From Comamonadaceae bacterium (GTDB taxonomy: Bacteria > Pseudomonadota > Gammaproteobacteria > Burkholderiales > Burkholderiaceae_C): 64,000 nucleotides of DNA. Shown one piece after another: positions 27,395-38,039 of the stretch (positions within the stretch are counted from its first letter, which is position 1; each line of letters starts with the position of its first letter). Where the stretch lies: assembly GCA_027486555.1 (NCBI GenBank), contig JAIXOX010000135.1, positions 2,802-66,801 of the forward strand, read 5' to 3'. The notes beneath the pieces are model-generated. The model was not told the origin of the DNA. It worked only from the letters and a program-made list of their open reading frames with translations, and ran no database searches. The position numbers were made by a program, and so were the translations under genes.

Positions 27395-30300
27395 TCAGGC
27401 CACGTCGGCCAATGACGCTGCAGACTCCATGTCCACAGCCACAATGCGGGAAACACCCTGCTCTTGCATGGTCACGCCAATCAACTGCTCGGCCATTTCC
27501 ATGGCGATTTTGTTGTGGCTGATGAACAAAAACTGGGTCTCTTTGCCCATGCCCTTGACCAACTTGGCGTAGCGTTCAGTGTTGGCATCGTCCAGCGGTG
27601 CGTCCACCTCATCGAGCAAACAAAAAGGTGCCGGGTTGAGCTGAAAAATCGCAAACACCAAAGCAATCGCAGTCAGGGCCTTTTCGCCGCCCGACAGCAA
27701 ATGAATGGTTTGGTTCTTTTTACCGGGTGGCTGCGCCAGCACTTGTACACCCGCATCCAAAATCTCATCACCCGTCATGACCAAGCGGGCATTGCCGCCG
27801 CCAAATAATTCGGGAAACATCCGACTGAAGTGCTCGTTGACAATCTTGAAAGTGCCGCCCAGCAAATCCCGGGTTTCCGCATCGATTTTCCGGATCGCAT
27901 CTTCCAGCGTGTTCATCGCATCGGTCAAGTCGGTGCATTGCGAATCCAGGAAAACCTTGCGCTCGCGCGAGGTCGTCAATTCGTCCAGCGCTGCCAAATT
28001 GACAGGACCCAAAGCCATGATTTCCCGGTGAATGCGGTCGATTTCACCCTGCAGTCCGGTCAAGCGCACCGCGCTGTCTTCGATGGACTGGGCGACAGCT
28101 TGAAGATCCGCTTGGGCGTCGGCCAACAATTGGGTGTACTGCTCAAACCCCAAGCGGGCTGCTTGCTCCTTGAGTTGCAGGTCACTGATGCGTTGGCGCA
28201 GGGGATCGAGTTCCCGCTCAAAACTGCCTTTGCGATCATCACTGGCCCGCAATTTGGCCGTCAAATCATCGTAAGCGCTGCGGCAAGCACCCAAAGCTTG
28301 CTCTCGCTCCAATTTGATGGCAAGGACGTTTTGCAGCCCTGCTTGGGCGGCCGCATCGGTCAATCGGCTGAGTTCATCGCGGGCGCGTTGCGTTTCGGCT
28401 TCAATGCCGACGACTTGCTGTTGTGCGGTGTCGATGGTGCGCTTGAGTTCTGCACGCCGAGCGTCCAGGCTGCGCTGGGAAAACTGGGCTTCCTGAGCGC
28501 GACGCTCCAAACTGCGTTGTTGCTCGCGGCACTCGGAGAGTTTGCGCTCGGACGCCATCACCCGTTCGTCCAACTGGGCATGGCGCTCTTGGGTATCTGC
28601 CAACTGCATGTCAAGTTCTTCAAAGCGCGCCTCAGCTGTGACACGCCGCTCCTGCAACTCATCGAGCAAAGCCTCCACCTCGGCCAAATCGTTGTTGATT
28701 TGTTCACCGCGGGCACGGGTTTGGGCCACCATCTGCGAAAGACGCAGGGTTTCAACTTGCAGTTCGTGTGCGCGCGACTGGTTTTCACTGGCTTCGCGAC
28801 GCACCGTGATCAAGCGTTGGGACGCATCGGCATAGGCCGCCTCCGCACGCACCAAAGCGCTGCGACTTTCCTCTGAAATCAGGGTTTGGGCCCGAAGTTG
28901 CTTTTCGAGGTTGTCAATTTCCTGAGCACGCCCGAGCAAACCTGCTTGCTCGGAATCTTGGGCATAAAACACCACACTGTGGCTGTCCACAGCATGACCG
29001 GCCTGCACATACAAAGTCTCGCCCGCGCTCAGCTCATTGCGCCAGGCCATGGCGTCGTCCATCTTTGGCGCCGTCAAGCAACCGTGTAGCCAGTCCGTCA
29101 ACAAGGCGGACAAGCCCGCATCGTGCACTCGCAAAAAATCGGCCAAAGGCTTGCAACCGGCGGGCAGACCGGTGCGTGGTGCGGCTTTGCAAGCCAAAGG
29201 TGAAGTGAAAAAGGTCAGCTTGGCAGGCGGCGCGTCCAGCGCAAAAGCCCGCACCAGCTCCAGTCGAGAGACCTCGAGCGCAGACAAACGTTCACGCAAT
29301 GCCGATTCAAGCGCATTTTCCCAGCCCGGCTCAATCTGGATGCGACTCCACAGGCCCTCCAGCCTGTCCATACCATGCTTGGACAACCAAGGCTTGAGCT
29401 TGCCATCGGTGCGCACTTTTTCTTGCAGGGCCTTGAGGGCATCCATGCGCGCACGCAAATCGGCCAAGGTGGCCGTCTCTTGGTTAACAGCCGCTTGACG
29501 CAGCCGGCGATCTTCGTCGAGCGCGGGCACAAGTTCCTGCAATTCGTGCAAGCGCGCCTCGGACTCTTGTGTCAAGGCTTCAGCCTCGGCCGCTTGTTCT
29601 TGCAAATGCTTCAATCGGGCTTCATCGGGTGCGGTCAGTGCATTGCGGTCCGTCAACAGGCGCTCCCGGCGCTGATCGAGTTGACGCGATTGCTCTTGAA
29701 TGTTGCGCTGGTCAGCGGCCAACACGCCAATTTGCTGCTGCACATGAACCACTGAGGCCCGTTGGGCCGTGGCGTCGTTTTGGGCTTTGCGTAGCGCTTC
29801 CTCAAGATCGGGCAAAGCCATGGCCTGGTCTTCGACCTGCGCTGCCAACGTCATGCTGTGGTCTTCGGCCATGGCCGTTTGCTCGGCAAATGTTTCGAGC
29901 TCGGTTTGTGCGTCCAAGCGGCGTGTGCCCCATTGCGTGGTTTGTTCCAGCAGTTGGTGCAACCGCTGTTCTGCACGTTGTCGGCCCTCAACCACATAAC
30001 GAATTTCGGCCTCTAGGCGACCGACCTCGGCGCTGGCCTCGTACAAAGCGCCCTGCGCTTGGTTGACTTGGTCACCCGCTGCGTAATGGGCTTGGCGGAT
30101 TGTCTCCAAATCGGCCTCGACACCGCGCAAATCGGCCATGCGTGACTCCAAAGCATTCACCGCCTGGTCCACATCGGCTTTGGTGCGAACTTGGTCAGCC
30201 TCGGCGTCGCGGCGTTTTAAAAACCACAGCTGATGCTGTTTCAAGGTGCTGTCAGCCTGCAAGCGGTTGTACCGATGGGCCACTTCGGCTTGCCTTTCCA

Positions 30301-30922
30301 GCTTATCCAGGTTGGCATTCAATTCGCGCAGGATGTCGTCAACGCGGGTCAGGTTTTCGCGCGTGTCAGACAGGCGGTTTTCCGTCTCGCGTCGGCGCTC
30401 TTTGTATTTGGACACACCCGCGGCTTCTTCCAAAAACATGCGAAGCTCTTCGGGGCGCGACTCGATGATGCGGCTGATCGTGCCCTGGCCGATGATGGCG
30501 TAAGCGCGTGGACCCAGACCGGTGCCCAAAAACACATCCTGCACATCTCGGCGGCGCACCGGCTGGTTGTTGATGTAATAACTGCTGTTGCCGTCGCGGG
30601 TCAGCACCCGCTTGACGGCGATCTCGGCAAACTGCCCCCACTGACCACCGGCGCGATGGTCGTCGTTGTTGAAGACCAACTCGACGCTGGCGCGGCTGGC
30701 GGGCTTTCGGGTGGTGGTGCCGTTGAAAATCACGTCCTGCATGGACTCGCCACGCAATTCAGACGCCTTGGACTCGCCCAGCACCCAGCGCACCGCATCC
30801 ATGATGTTGGATTTGCCGCAACCGTTGGGGCCAACCACGCCCACCAACTGCCCGGGCAGCAGAAAGTTGGTCGGTTCGGCAAACGATTTGAAGCCAGCAA
30901 GTTTGATGGAATTGAGACGCAC
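27395..30922 (-). CDS. smc: Chromosome segregation protein SMC
   Basis: GPNGCGKSN, coiled coils with hinge, LSGGEK, LLDEVD. Confidence 0.97.
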   Translation of the reverse strand: MRLNSIKLAGFKSFAEPTNFLLPGQLVGVVGPNGCGKSNIMDAVRWVLGESKASELRGESMQDVIFNGTTTRKPASRASVELVFNNDDHRAGGQWGQFAEIAVKRVLTRDGNSSYYINNQPVRRRDVQDVFLGTGLGPRAYAIIGQGTISRIIESRPEELRMFLEEAAGVSKYKERRRETENRLSDTRENLTRVDDILRELNANLDKLERQAEVAHRYNRLQADSTLKQHQLWFLKRRDAEADQVRTKADVDQAVNALESRMADLRGVEADLETIRQAHYAAGDQVNQAQGALYEASAEVGRLEAEIRYVVEGRQRAEQRLHQLLEQTTQWGTRRLDAQTELETFAEQTAMAEDHSMTLAAQVEDQAMALPDLEEALRKAQNDATAQRASVVHVQQQIGVLAADQRNIQEQSRQLDQRRERLLTDRNALTAPDEARLKHLQEQAAEAEALTQESEARLHELQELVPALDEDRRLRQAAVNQETATLADLRARMDALKALQEKVRTDGKLKPWLSKHGMDRLEGLWSRIQIEPGWENALESALRERLSALEVSRLELVRAFALDAPPAKLTFFTSPLACKAAPRTGLPAGCKPLADFLRVHDAGLSALLTDWLHGCLTAPKMDDAMAWRNELSAGETLYVQAGHAVDSHSVVFYAQDSEQAGLLGRAQEIDNLEKQLRAQTLISEESRSALVRAEAAYADASQRLITVRREASENQSRAHELQVETLRLSQMVAQTRARGEQINNDLAEVEALLDELQERRVTAEARFEELDMQLADTQERHAQLDERVMASERKLSECREQQRSLERRAQEAQFSQRSLDARRAELKRTIDTAQQQVVGIEAETQRARDELSRLTDAAAQAGLQNVLAIKLEREQALGACRSAYDDLTAKLRASDDRKGSFERELDPLRQRISDLQLKEQAARLGFEQYTQLLADAQADLQAVAQSIEDSAVRLTGLQGEIDRIHREIMALGPVNLAALDELTTSRERKVFLDSQCTDLTDAMNTLEDAIRKIDAETRDLLGGTFKIVNEHFSRMFPELFGGGNARLVMTGDEILDAGVQVLAQPPGKKNQTIHLLSGGEKALTAIALVFAIFQLNPAPFCLLDEVDAPLDDANTERYAKLVKGMGKETQFLFISHNKIAMEMAEQLIGVTMQEQGVSRIVAVDMESAASLADVA

Positions 30923-31243
30923 GGCGGTCTGGTCGATCCAAAGAAAAGCGAAATATCACAAGGGACATGGGACAACTGCCAAGGAGTCACCAAAACCCTC
31001 AAAAAAGCACGAATCAAAGAACTCAATCCTTGATCACGGATAAGCTTAGATGTTAACTCAGCCACTGCCGCTGCCCGCCGTCAAAATAGGCCATGCATTT
31101 CAAATCTCTCTGCTTGATCAAACGGTGCAGTGGTCTGTGCAAGCTCCTTGGAGAGGATCGAGAAAATCAGGCCTCACGGACCAATTCTCAGGCTGGCCGA
31201 TGCTTGACCCATGCGCCGCTATTTCATCCGGGATAATCGAGGC

Positions 31244-32479
31244 ATGAACCCCCTTCTCGCCAAACTGCAGCCCTACCCCTTCGAACGGCTCAAACAGCTG
31301 TTTGCCAGCGTGACGCCCAACCCCGGCCTCAAGCCCATCAGCCTAGGCATTGGCGAGCCCAAGCACGCCACGCCCGCTTTCATTCAGGAAGCGCTCAAGT
31401 CGGCAGTGGCCACCGGCTTGTCGGCCTATCCCGCTACTGCTGGCGAGCCTGCATTGCGAAAAGCCTGTGCGTCCTGGCTCAAAACGCGTTATGACCTGAC
31501 GCTGGACGCGGCCACGCAAGTGCTGCCGGTCAACGGTTCGCGAGAAGCGTTGTTTGCCCTGACGCAAACGGTGATCGACCCGACCCGCTCCGGTGCCACC
31601 GTGCTCAGTCCCAACCCTTTTTATCAAATCTACGAAGGCGCGGCCTTGCTCTCAGGCGCTGAGCCTTATTACGTGCCCAGTGACCCGGCGCGCAACTTTG
31701 CCAACGACTGGGACAGCGTGCCTGCCGAAGTCTGGGCCCGCACGCAGCTTTTGTTCGTTTGCTCGCCCGGCAACCCCACCGGCGCGGTCATGCCCCTGTC
31801 GGAATGGCAAAAGCTGTTTGCCCTGTCGGACCAACACGGTTTTGTGATTGCGTCCGACGAGTGTTACAGCGAGATTTACTTCCGTGAAGAAGCGCCTTTG
31901 GGGGGTCTGGAAGCTGCCCACCAGCTCGGCCGCGCCGACTTCAAACGCCTGATCGCCTTCACCAGCTTGAGCAAGCGCAGCAACGTGCCGGGTTTGCGCA
32001 GCGGCTTTGTGGCGGGTGATGCGGCCATCATCCAGCAGTTTTTGCTTTACCGCACCTACCACGGCAGCGCCATGAGCCCGGTGGTGCAAGCGGCCAGCGT
32101 GTCTGCTTGGGGCGACGAAACCCATGTGGTGGACAACCGCAACCAGTACCGCACCAAATTCGCCCAAGTCACGCCCGTGCTGGCCCAGGTGCTGGACGTG
32201 ACTCTGCCCGACGCCAGCTTTTACCTGTGGGCGGGTGTGCCTGCGGGCTGGCAAGGCGACGACGCGGCATTTTCCAAGGCGCTGTACGAGGCCGAAAGCG
32301 TCACCGTGCTCCCCGGCAGCTACCTGGCACGGGACTTCAATGGCAGCAACCCGGGCCAAGGCCGCATCCGCATGGCCTTGGTGGCCGAGACCGCCGAGTG
32401 CCTGGAAGCGGCCGAACGCATCGCCCGTTTTGTGCGCACCCATCCTCAAAAGATGGACCCCGGGTCAAGCCCGGGGTGA
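31244..32479 (+). CDS. dapC: Succinyldiaminopimelate transaminase; last ~8 residues and stop encoded by a REP
   Basis: MNPLLAKLQPYPFE, IGEPKH, CSPGNPTG, SDECYSE, SLSKRSNVPG. Confidence 0.93.
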   Translation: MNPLLAKLQPYPFERLKQLFASVTPNPGLKPISLGIGEPKHATPAFIQEALKSAVATGLSAYPATAGEPALRKACASWLKTRYDLTLDAATQVLPVNGSREALFALTQTVIDPTRSGATVLSPNPFYQIYEGAALLSGAEPYYVPSDPARNFANDWDSVPAEVWARTQLLFVCSPGNPTGAVMPLSEWQKLFALSDQHGFVIASDECYSEIYFREEAPLGGLEAAHQLGRADFKRLIAFTSLSKRSNVPGLRSGFVAGDAAIIQQFLLYRTYHGSAMSPVVQAASVSAWGDETHVVDNRNQYRTKFAQVTPVLAQVLDVTLPDASFYLWAGVPAGWQGDDAAFSKALYEAESVTVLPGSYLARDFNGSNPGQGRIRMALVAETAECLEAAERIARFVRTHPQKMDPGSSPG

Positions 32480-32532
32480 CAATTTTCAGAGCAGCCCAAC
32501 ACAATGTCATGCCGGGCTTGACCCAGCATCCA
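32454..32532. repeat. Inverted dimer of CGTC/GTCA-tagged REP-like palindromes
   Basis: 32454-32481 reverse complement TGTCACCCCGGGCTTGACCCGGGGTCCA vs 32505-32532 TGTCATGCCGGGCTTGACCCAGCATCCA; same 28-nt layout with a CTTGA loop. Confidence 0.8.
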
Positions 32533-32554
32533 TCCCCTCAACACCCTCCAAGCC

Positions 32555-33721
32555 ATGACCAACACCTGTCACGACACCCTGCGCCTGGCCGAGCAACTGA
32601 TCTCCAAACCCTCCGTCACCCCACATGATGCAGGCTGCCTGGACCTGATTGCCGACGCCCTGAAGCCCCTGGGCTTTGTCTGCGAATTCATGGATTCCGG
32701 CCCCGAGACCTTCCGCGTGCGCAACCTATGGGCAAAGCGCGCTGGCAGTTCAGGTCAAACCCTGGCTTTTGCGGGCCACACCGATGTCGTGCCCACCGGG
32801 CCGCTGACGCAATGGGACAGCGACCCCTTCACACCCACGCACCGCGACGGCAAGCTCTTTGGCCGCGGCGCAAGCGACATGAAAACCTCGCTGGCGGCCA
32901 TGGTGGTGGCGGTGCAAGAGTTTTTGGCCAGCAACCCAGAGCCGAAACTTGGCCTGGCCTTTTTGCTGACCAGCGACGAAGAAGGCCCAGCACTGGACGG
33001 TACCGTGGTGGTCTGCGAAAAGCTCCAAGCCCGTGGCGAAGCGCCGCAGTTTTGCATCGTGGGTGAACCCACCTCGGTACAGCAAACGGGTGACATGATC
33101 AAAAACGGCCGACGCGGCACCCTGAGCGGCAAGCTCACCGTCAAGGGCGTCCAAGGCCACATCGCCTACCCTCACCTGGCCGACAACCCGATCCACCGCC
33201 TGGCCCCCGCGCTGGCCGAACTGGTGGCCATCCGATGGGACGAAGGCAACGCCTTCTTCCCCCCCACCAGCTGGCAAGTGAGCAACATCCACGCGGGCAC
33301 CGGCGCGAGCAATGTGATCCCCGGCGACTGCGTGGTGGATTTCAACTTCCGCTTTTGCACCGAATCCACGCCCGAAAGCCTGCAGCAGCGGGTGACTGCT
33401 GTGCTGGACCAACATGGTTTGAAATACGAGCTCACCTGGACACTGGGAGGCCTGCCTTTCCTCACCGCACCGGGCACTTTGCTCGCTGCCATTGAGCAAG
33501 CCATCACAGACGAAACGGGTTTGACGACGGCGCTGTCCACCACAGGCGGCACGAGCGACGGCCGCTTCATCGCACAGATCTGCCCCCAGGTGATCGAGTT
33601 CGGCCCTCCCAACGCGACCATCCACAAGGTCAACGAGCATGTGGCGCTGACCGACATCGCTCCGCTCAAAGCCATCTACCGCCGCACCTTGGAAAAACTG
33701 AACCGGGATTTGTCCTCATGA
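32555..33721 (+). CDS. dapE: Succinyl-diaminopimelate desuccinylase
   Basis: [48 protein letters not shown]. Confidence 0.96.
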   Translation: MTNTCHDTLRLAEQLISKPSVTPHDAGCLDLIADALKPLGFVCEFMDSGPETFRVRNLWAKRAGSSGQTLAFAGHTDVVPTGPLTQWDSDPFTPTHRDGKLFGRGASDMKTSLAAMVVAVQEFLASNPEPKLGLAFLLTSDEEGPALDGTVVVCEKLQARGEAPQFCIVGEPTSVQQTGDMIKNGRRGTLSGKLTVKGVQGHIAYPHLADNPIHRLAPALAELVAIRWDEGNAFFPPTSWQVSNIHAGTGASNVIPGDCVVDFNFRFCTESTPESLQQRVTAVLDQHGLKYELTWTLGGLPFLTAPGTLLAAIEQAITDETGLTTALSTTGGTSDGRFIAQICPQVIEFGPPNATIHKVNEHVALTDIAPLKAIYRRTLEKLNRDLSS

Positions 33722-34608
33722 GCGGTGTGAGGCTCGCCGCGCTGATCGAGCACTCCGCCGCCCGTCTGAACCATGCCGATGTCGCCTATGGGCACGGCAC
33801 CCTGTGCGCTTTTGACGAAGCCGTCTGGTTGGTGCTCTGGCGTCTGGGTTGGCCCTTGGACACCGATTTGGACGAGGTGGCCGACCATGTCGTGACACCC
33901 GAGCAAGAAGCCGCTTGTGCTGCACTGATCGACGAGCGCATCTTGATCCGCAAGCCCGCCGCTTACCTCACACGAGAAGCTTGGTTGCAGGGTGTGTCGT
34001 TTTACATCGACGAACGCGCGATCGTGCCGCGCAGTCTGATCGCCGAAGTGCTGGCCGACGGGACCATCGACGCTTGGCTGAACGAGCAAACCCGGCAAGT
34101 TCTGGACCTGTGCACCGGCAACGGCAGTCTGGCCGTGCTGTCAGCGCTGGCCTGGCCCGGGGTGCAAGTCACAGGGGCCGACATTTCCGAAGACGCACTG
34201 GCTGTGGCCACCATCAACGTCGAGCGGCATGAGTTGCAAGAGCGCGTGGTGTTGGTGCACAGCGATGGCCTGAACAAACTGAACCCACCCACTCACGGTC
34301 CGTTTGATTTGATCCTGTGCAACCCCCCCTATGTGTGCCAAGCCAGCATGAACGCCCTGCCTGCCGAATACCGCGCCGAACCTGAACTGGCGCTGGCAGG
34401 CGGCACTGACGGCATGGACTTTGTGCGGCAGCTGCTCAAGGATGCGCCGGCGCGAATGAGCGAGCAAGCGGTGCTGGTCTTAGAGATCGGCAACGAGGTG
34501 GATCATTTCATCGCCGCTTTCCCCGAACTCGAAGTGGCTTGGCTGGCGACCAGTGCAGGCGAGGATCAGGTTTTACTGATCACCCGCCAAGCCCTGATTG
34601 GCCTGTAA
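33718..34608 (+). CDS. prmB: 50S ribosomal protein L3 glutamine methyltransferase
   Basis: [38 protein letters not shown]. Confidence 0.93.
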   Translation: MSGVRLAALIEHSAARLNHADVAYGHGTLCAFDEAVWLVLWRLGWPLDTDLDEVADHVVTPEQEAACAALIDERILIRKPAAYLTREAWLQGVSFYIDERAIVPRSLIAEVLADGTIDAWLNEQTRQVLDLCTGNGSLAVLSALAWPGVQVTGADISEDALAVATINVERHELQERVVLVHSDGLNKLNPPTHGPFDLILCNPPYVCQASMNALPAEYRAEPELALAGGTDGMDFVRQLLKDAPARMSEQAVLVLEIGNEVDHFIAAFPELEVAWLATSAGEDQVLLITRQALIGL

Positions 34609-34764
34609 AAACCATTCCTGCATCCGAGGGAAACAGTAAAACTTACAAGCTGCCATCTCACCGACATGCACATCGGCGAAAATGGCGGGTTATGCCCTTT
34701 TGACACCAGCCCCGAAGCTGGTGTGCCCCCCTCTTACCGGAACTTGTCCGGTCACTGCTTTTTC

Positions 34765-36759
34765 ATGATCAACCTCAAAAACGTCACCCTCCGCCGAGGC
34801 ACCAAGGTGCTGCTGGACAAAGCCTCCGTCACCCTCAACCCCGGAGAAAAAGTAGGTCTGGTGGGGCGCAACGGTGCGGGCAAATCCACCTTGTTTGCAC
34901 TGTTCAACGGCACACTGACCGAAGATGGCGGAGACTTTGAAATGCCCCGCCAGTGGCGCATGGGCCAAGTCGCCCAAAACATGCCTGAAACCGAGCAAGC
35001 CGCGTCTGACTTTGTGCTCGAAGGCGACACCCGCTTGGCCGATCTGCGCCAACGCCTTGTTGCGGCCGAAGCAAGTGGCGACGGCATGGAAATGGCGCAC
35101 GTTTACACCGACCTCGCCGACGCGGGCGATCACGACGCCCTGCCCCGCGCAGAAGCCCTGATTTTGGGTCTGGGCTTTCGAGTGGACGAGCTGAGCAACC
35201 CGGTCAACAGCTTTTCGGGTGGTTGGCGCATGCGCTTGCAATTGGCCCGTGCGCTGATGTGCCCATCCGACATCCTGATCTTGGACGAACCCACCAACCA
35301 TTTGGACTTGGACGCACTGGTCTGGCTCGAAGCCTGGTTGCAGCGCTACACAGGCACCATGATCGTGATCAGCCACGACCGCGAATTTCTGGACGCAGTG
35401 ACCGACGTCACTTTGCACATCGACCACGCCAAACTCACCCGCTATGGCGGAAATTACAGCGCCTTTGAAATCTTGCGGGCGCAACAGATGGAGTTGCAAC
35501 AGGCGTCGTTTTCCAAACAGCAGGACAAAATCGCCCACCTGCAAAAGTTCATCACCCGCTTCAAAGCCCAGGCCAGCAAGGCCAAACAAGCGCAAAGCCG
35601 GGTCAAAGCCTTGGAGCGCATGGAAAAAGTCGCCCCGCTGCTGGCCGATGCCGAGTTCACCTTCGGTTTCAAAGAGCCCAACAACCTGCCCAACCCCATG
35701 TTGGCCATCAGCGAAGCGAGCTTTGGCTATGTGGTGGACGACGAGCCCAAATCCATCTTGCAAGGCGTCAGCAAATCGGTGCTGGCTGGACAGCGCATTG
35801 GTATTTTGGGTGCCAACGGCCAAGGTAAATCGACCCTGGTCAAGACCATTGCCCGCACCATGCCGCTGCTGGCAGGCACACTCACCGAAGGCAAAGGTCT
35901 GAACATCGGCTACTTTGCCCAGCAAGAACTCGATGTGTTGCACCCGAACGACAACCCGCTGGAGCACATGATCCGTCTGGCCAGAGAGCTGGGCAGCAAC
36001 GAGCCCAGCCGTGAGCAGGACCTGCGCAACTACCTGGGCACCTTCAACTTCAGTGGCGACATGGTCAAGCAGTCCGTAGGCTCCATGAGCGGCGGCGAAA
36101 AAGCCCGTTTGGTGTTGGCCATGATCGTTTGGCAACGCCCCAACCTGCTGCTGTTGGACGAGCCCACCAACCACTTGGATCTGGCCACGCGAGAAGCGCT
36201 GTCCATGGCACTCAACGAATTCGAAGGCACCGTCATGCTGGTCAGCCACGACCGCGCCTTGCTGCGTGCGGTGTGTGACGAATTCTGGATGGTGGGCCGG
36301 GGCAAGGTCGAGCCGTTTGACGGCGACCTGGACGATTACCAGAGGTATTTGCTGGAAGAGTCCAAGCGTTTGCGTGAAGTGGCCAAAAATTCCGCCAAAA
36401 ATGCCCCAGCAGTGCCAGCGCCTGTGGTTGTTGAAGTGCCAAAACCCACACCCGTGGCACATGCCATCAGCCCCGCCTCAGCGGTTCTGAGCAGCGCCGA
36501 ACAACGCAAGCAAGATGCTCAGCGGCGTCAGCAAATGGCGGCGCAAACACGCCCACTGAAAAAAGAGCTGGAGCAAAACGAGCAACGCATGGTGGGCATC
36601 GAAGCTGAAAAGAGCGCATTAGAGCAATTGCTGAGCACCCCATTGCCTGCCGCTGAAATTGCAGATGCAGGTCGCAAACTCAAAGCACTCAGCGATGAGT
36701 TCAAGATCTTGGAAGAACGCTGGCTGGAACTGACACAACTGCTGGAAGAAACGGCTTGA
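34765..36759 (+). CDS. ABC-F family ATPase (YheS/Uup-like)
   Basis: Two NBDs (GRNGAGKST, GANGQGKST), FSGGWRMR, MSGGEK, DEPTNHLD twice, no TM, C-terminal coiled coil. Confidence 0.93.
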   Translation: MINLKNVTLRRGTKVLLDKASVTLNPGEKVGLVGRNGAGKSTLFALFNGTLTEDGGDFEMPRQWRMGQVAQNMPETEQAASDFVLEGDTRLADLRQRLVAAEASGDGMEMAHVYTDLADAGDHDALPRAEALILGLGFRVDELSNPVNSFSGGWRMRLQLARALMCPSDILILDEPTNHLDLDALVWLEAWLQRYTGTMIVISHDREFLDAVTDVTLHIDHAKLTRYGGNYSAFEILRAQQMELQQASFSKQQDKIAHLQKFITRFKAQASKAKQAQSRVKALERMEKVAPLLADAEFTFGFKEPNNLPNPMLAISEASFGYVVDDEPKSILQGVSKSVLAGQRIGILGANGQGKSTLVKTIARTMPLLAGTLTEGKGLNIGYFAQQELDVLHPNDNPLEHMIRLARELGSNEPSREQDLRNYLGTFNFSGDMVKQSVGSMSGGEKARLVLAMIVWQRPNLLLLDEPTNHLDLATREALSMALNEFEGTVMLVSHDRALLRAVCDEFWMVGRGKVEPFDGDLDDYQRYLLEESKRLREVAKNSAKNAPAVPAPVVVEVPKPTPVAHAISPASAVLSSAEQRKQDAQRRQQMAAQTRPLKKELEQNEQRMVGIEAEKSALEQLLSTPLPAAEIADAGRKLKALSDEFKILEERWLELTQLLEETA

Positions 36760-36797
36760 GCCGACCACCACTGCGCCCATAAAAGTTCGGCTCTGAA

Positions 36798-37049
36798 TCA
36801 GCCGCCCACCACGGACCAGCCCGCGTGCTGGTCTGATTTGTTGTTTTCGTATTCCCAAGATGTGCCACAGCGGTCGCAGCGGTATTGGGTGACAGTGACC
36901 TGGCCGGTTTCGCGGGCTTCTTTGCGGTTGTTGCCTTGAACCAGTTCGGCGTGACCAGGGGCTCGGCGCCAGTTGCGCTGGATGCCGGTGCAGGGTTCAC
37001 ACAACTGCATTTTTTTTAATTCGTTTTGGATGTTTGATTCAACTGACAT
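36798..37049 (-). CDS. Small putative zinc-binding protein (83 aa)
   Basis: CEPC...H...CDRC with aromatic tail WEYEN...GWS; follows the tRNA-Lys terminator. Confidence 0.65.
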   Translation of the reverse strand: MSVESNIQNELKKMQLCEPCTGIQRNWRRAPGHAELVQGNNRKEARETGQVTVTQYRCDRCGTSWEYENNKSDQHAGWSVVGG

Positions 37050-37106
37050 GTCGAGACGCTTTCCGATGGGTGTGCCAAAAGCGCGCCCATCCTTCAAAAG
37101 ACAATG

Positions 37107-37142
37107 AAAAAAGCACTTTGTACCGAAATACAAAGTGCTTTT
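37107..37142 (-). terminator. tRNA-Lys terminator
   Basis: AAAAGCACTTTGTA-N6-TACAAAGTGCTTTT with a T-run on the minus strand. Confidence 0.85.
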
Positions 37143-37147
37143 AAATT

Positions 37148-37223
37148 TGGTGGGACCAGCGGGGGTCGAACCCACGACAAACGGATTAAAAGTCCGCTGC
37201 TCTACCAACTGAGCTATGGTCCC
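37148..37223 (-). tRNA. tRNA-Lys (anticodon UUU)
   Basis: 76-nt GGGACCATAGCTCAGTTGGTAGAGCAGCGGACTTTTAATCCGTTTGTCGTGGGTTCGACCCCCGCTGGTCCCACCA; encoded CCA. Confidence 0.97.
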
Positions 37224-37271
37224 GTGCTTTAGTGCGGTGCATTAAAGCAAGTCTAAGATTATAGCGTCTTT

Positions 37272-38039
37272 TCAGGGCTTCTCGAGTGAAGTTGCCAAAT
37301 AGTTCAATACGACTGAGGCTGCGCACATGCCAAATGTGGCGGTCACACTGACCACTGACCCATAGCCATGGCAATTGAGGGTGCCATCACCGTCGACCGC
37401 ACAGGAAGCATCTGGGGGTGCAACGGCTTCACGGCTAAATACCCCCTGAACACCCATAGGCTTGCCATCTCGCTCACCCCCGTGGTGTTTTCTGAGGCGG
37501 TAGCGCACTTGCGCCAACAAAGGGTCGTGCGTGATGCGGGACAAGTCTTGCACGTCTACGAGGTGCGCCAATCGTTTGCCACCTGCAGCACCCACAGAAA
37601 CAAAACCGATTTTGTTTTGCACAGCCCAGTGGGCCAAACTGACCTTGGCTTTGACCTGATCGCAGGCATCAATCACAGCATCTGGTAAAGCTGGCAAAAG
37701 GCCAGGCCAATTCTCAGGGGTCACAAAATCATCGATGGCATCGACTTGGCATTCGGGGTGAATCAACGCGATTCTCTCGCGCATGGCCTGCACCTTGGCT
37801 TGTCCCGTGGTGTTCGTCAGGGCATGGATTTGGCGATTGATGTTGGAAGCTGCGATGTGATCCATGTCCAACAGAGTCAGGCGTGCAACACCGCTTCTCG
37901 CCAGAGCCTCAGCTGACCAAGATCCAACACCACCAATGCCGACCACCACCACATGGGCTTGGCGAATGCGTTGTGCACCGGACAAACCATACAGGCGCTG
38001 CAAACCCCCAAAACGCCGATCCTCATCGTTGACATTCAT
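37272..38039 (-). CDS. tcdA: tRNA threonylcarbamoyladenosine dehydratase (ThiF/E1-like)
   Basis: RRFGGLQRLYG, GIGGVGSW, SNINRQ, GAAGG, DPLLAQVR, CHGYGS, TATFG. Confidence 0.9.
   Translation of the reverse strand: MNVNDEDRRFGGLQRLYGLSGAQRIRQAHVVVVGIGGVGSWSAEALARSGVARLTLLDMDHIAASNINRQIHALTNTTGQAKVQAMRERIALIHPECQVDAIDDFVTPENWPGLLPALPDAVIDACDQVKAKVSLAHWAVQNKIGFVSVGAAGGKRLAHLVDVQDLSRITHDPLLAQVRYRLRKHHGGERDGKPMGVQGVFSREAVAPPDASCAVDGDGTLNCHGYGSVVSVTATFGMCAASVVLNYLATSLEKP

Noticed and set aside
34690-36462. 590-aa antisense ORF over the ABC-F gene, and similar long shadow ORFs over smc, pheT/pheS, dapE, clpA and ybdL
   Set aside because: They mirror well-supported genes, arise from GC-rich codon bias that depletes antisense stops, and show no protein motifs.
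37148-37223. tRNA-Lys as an island integration site
   Set aside because: No integrase, duplicated 3' end or GC anomaly beside it; its own terminator follows immediately.
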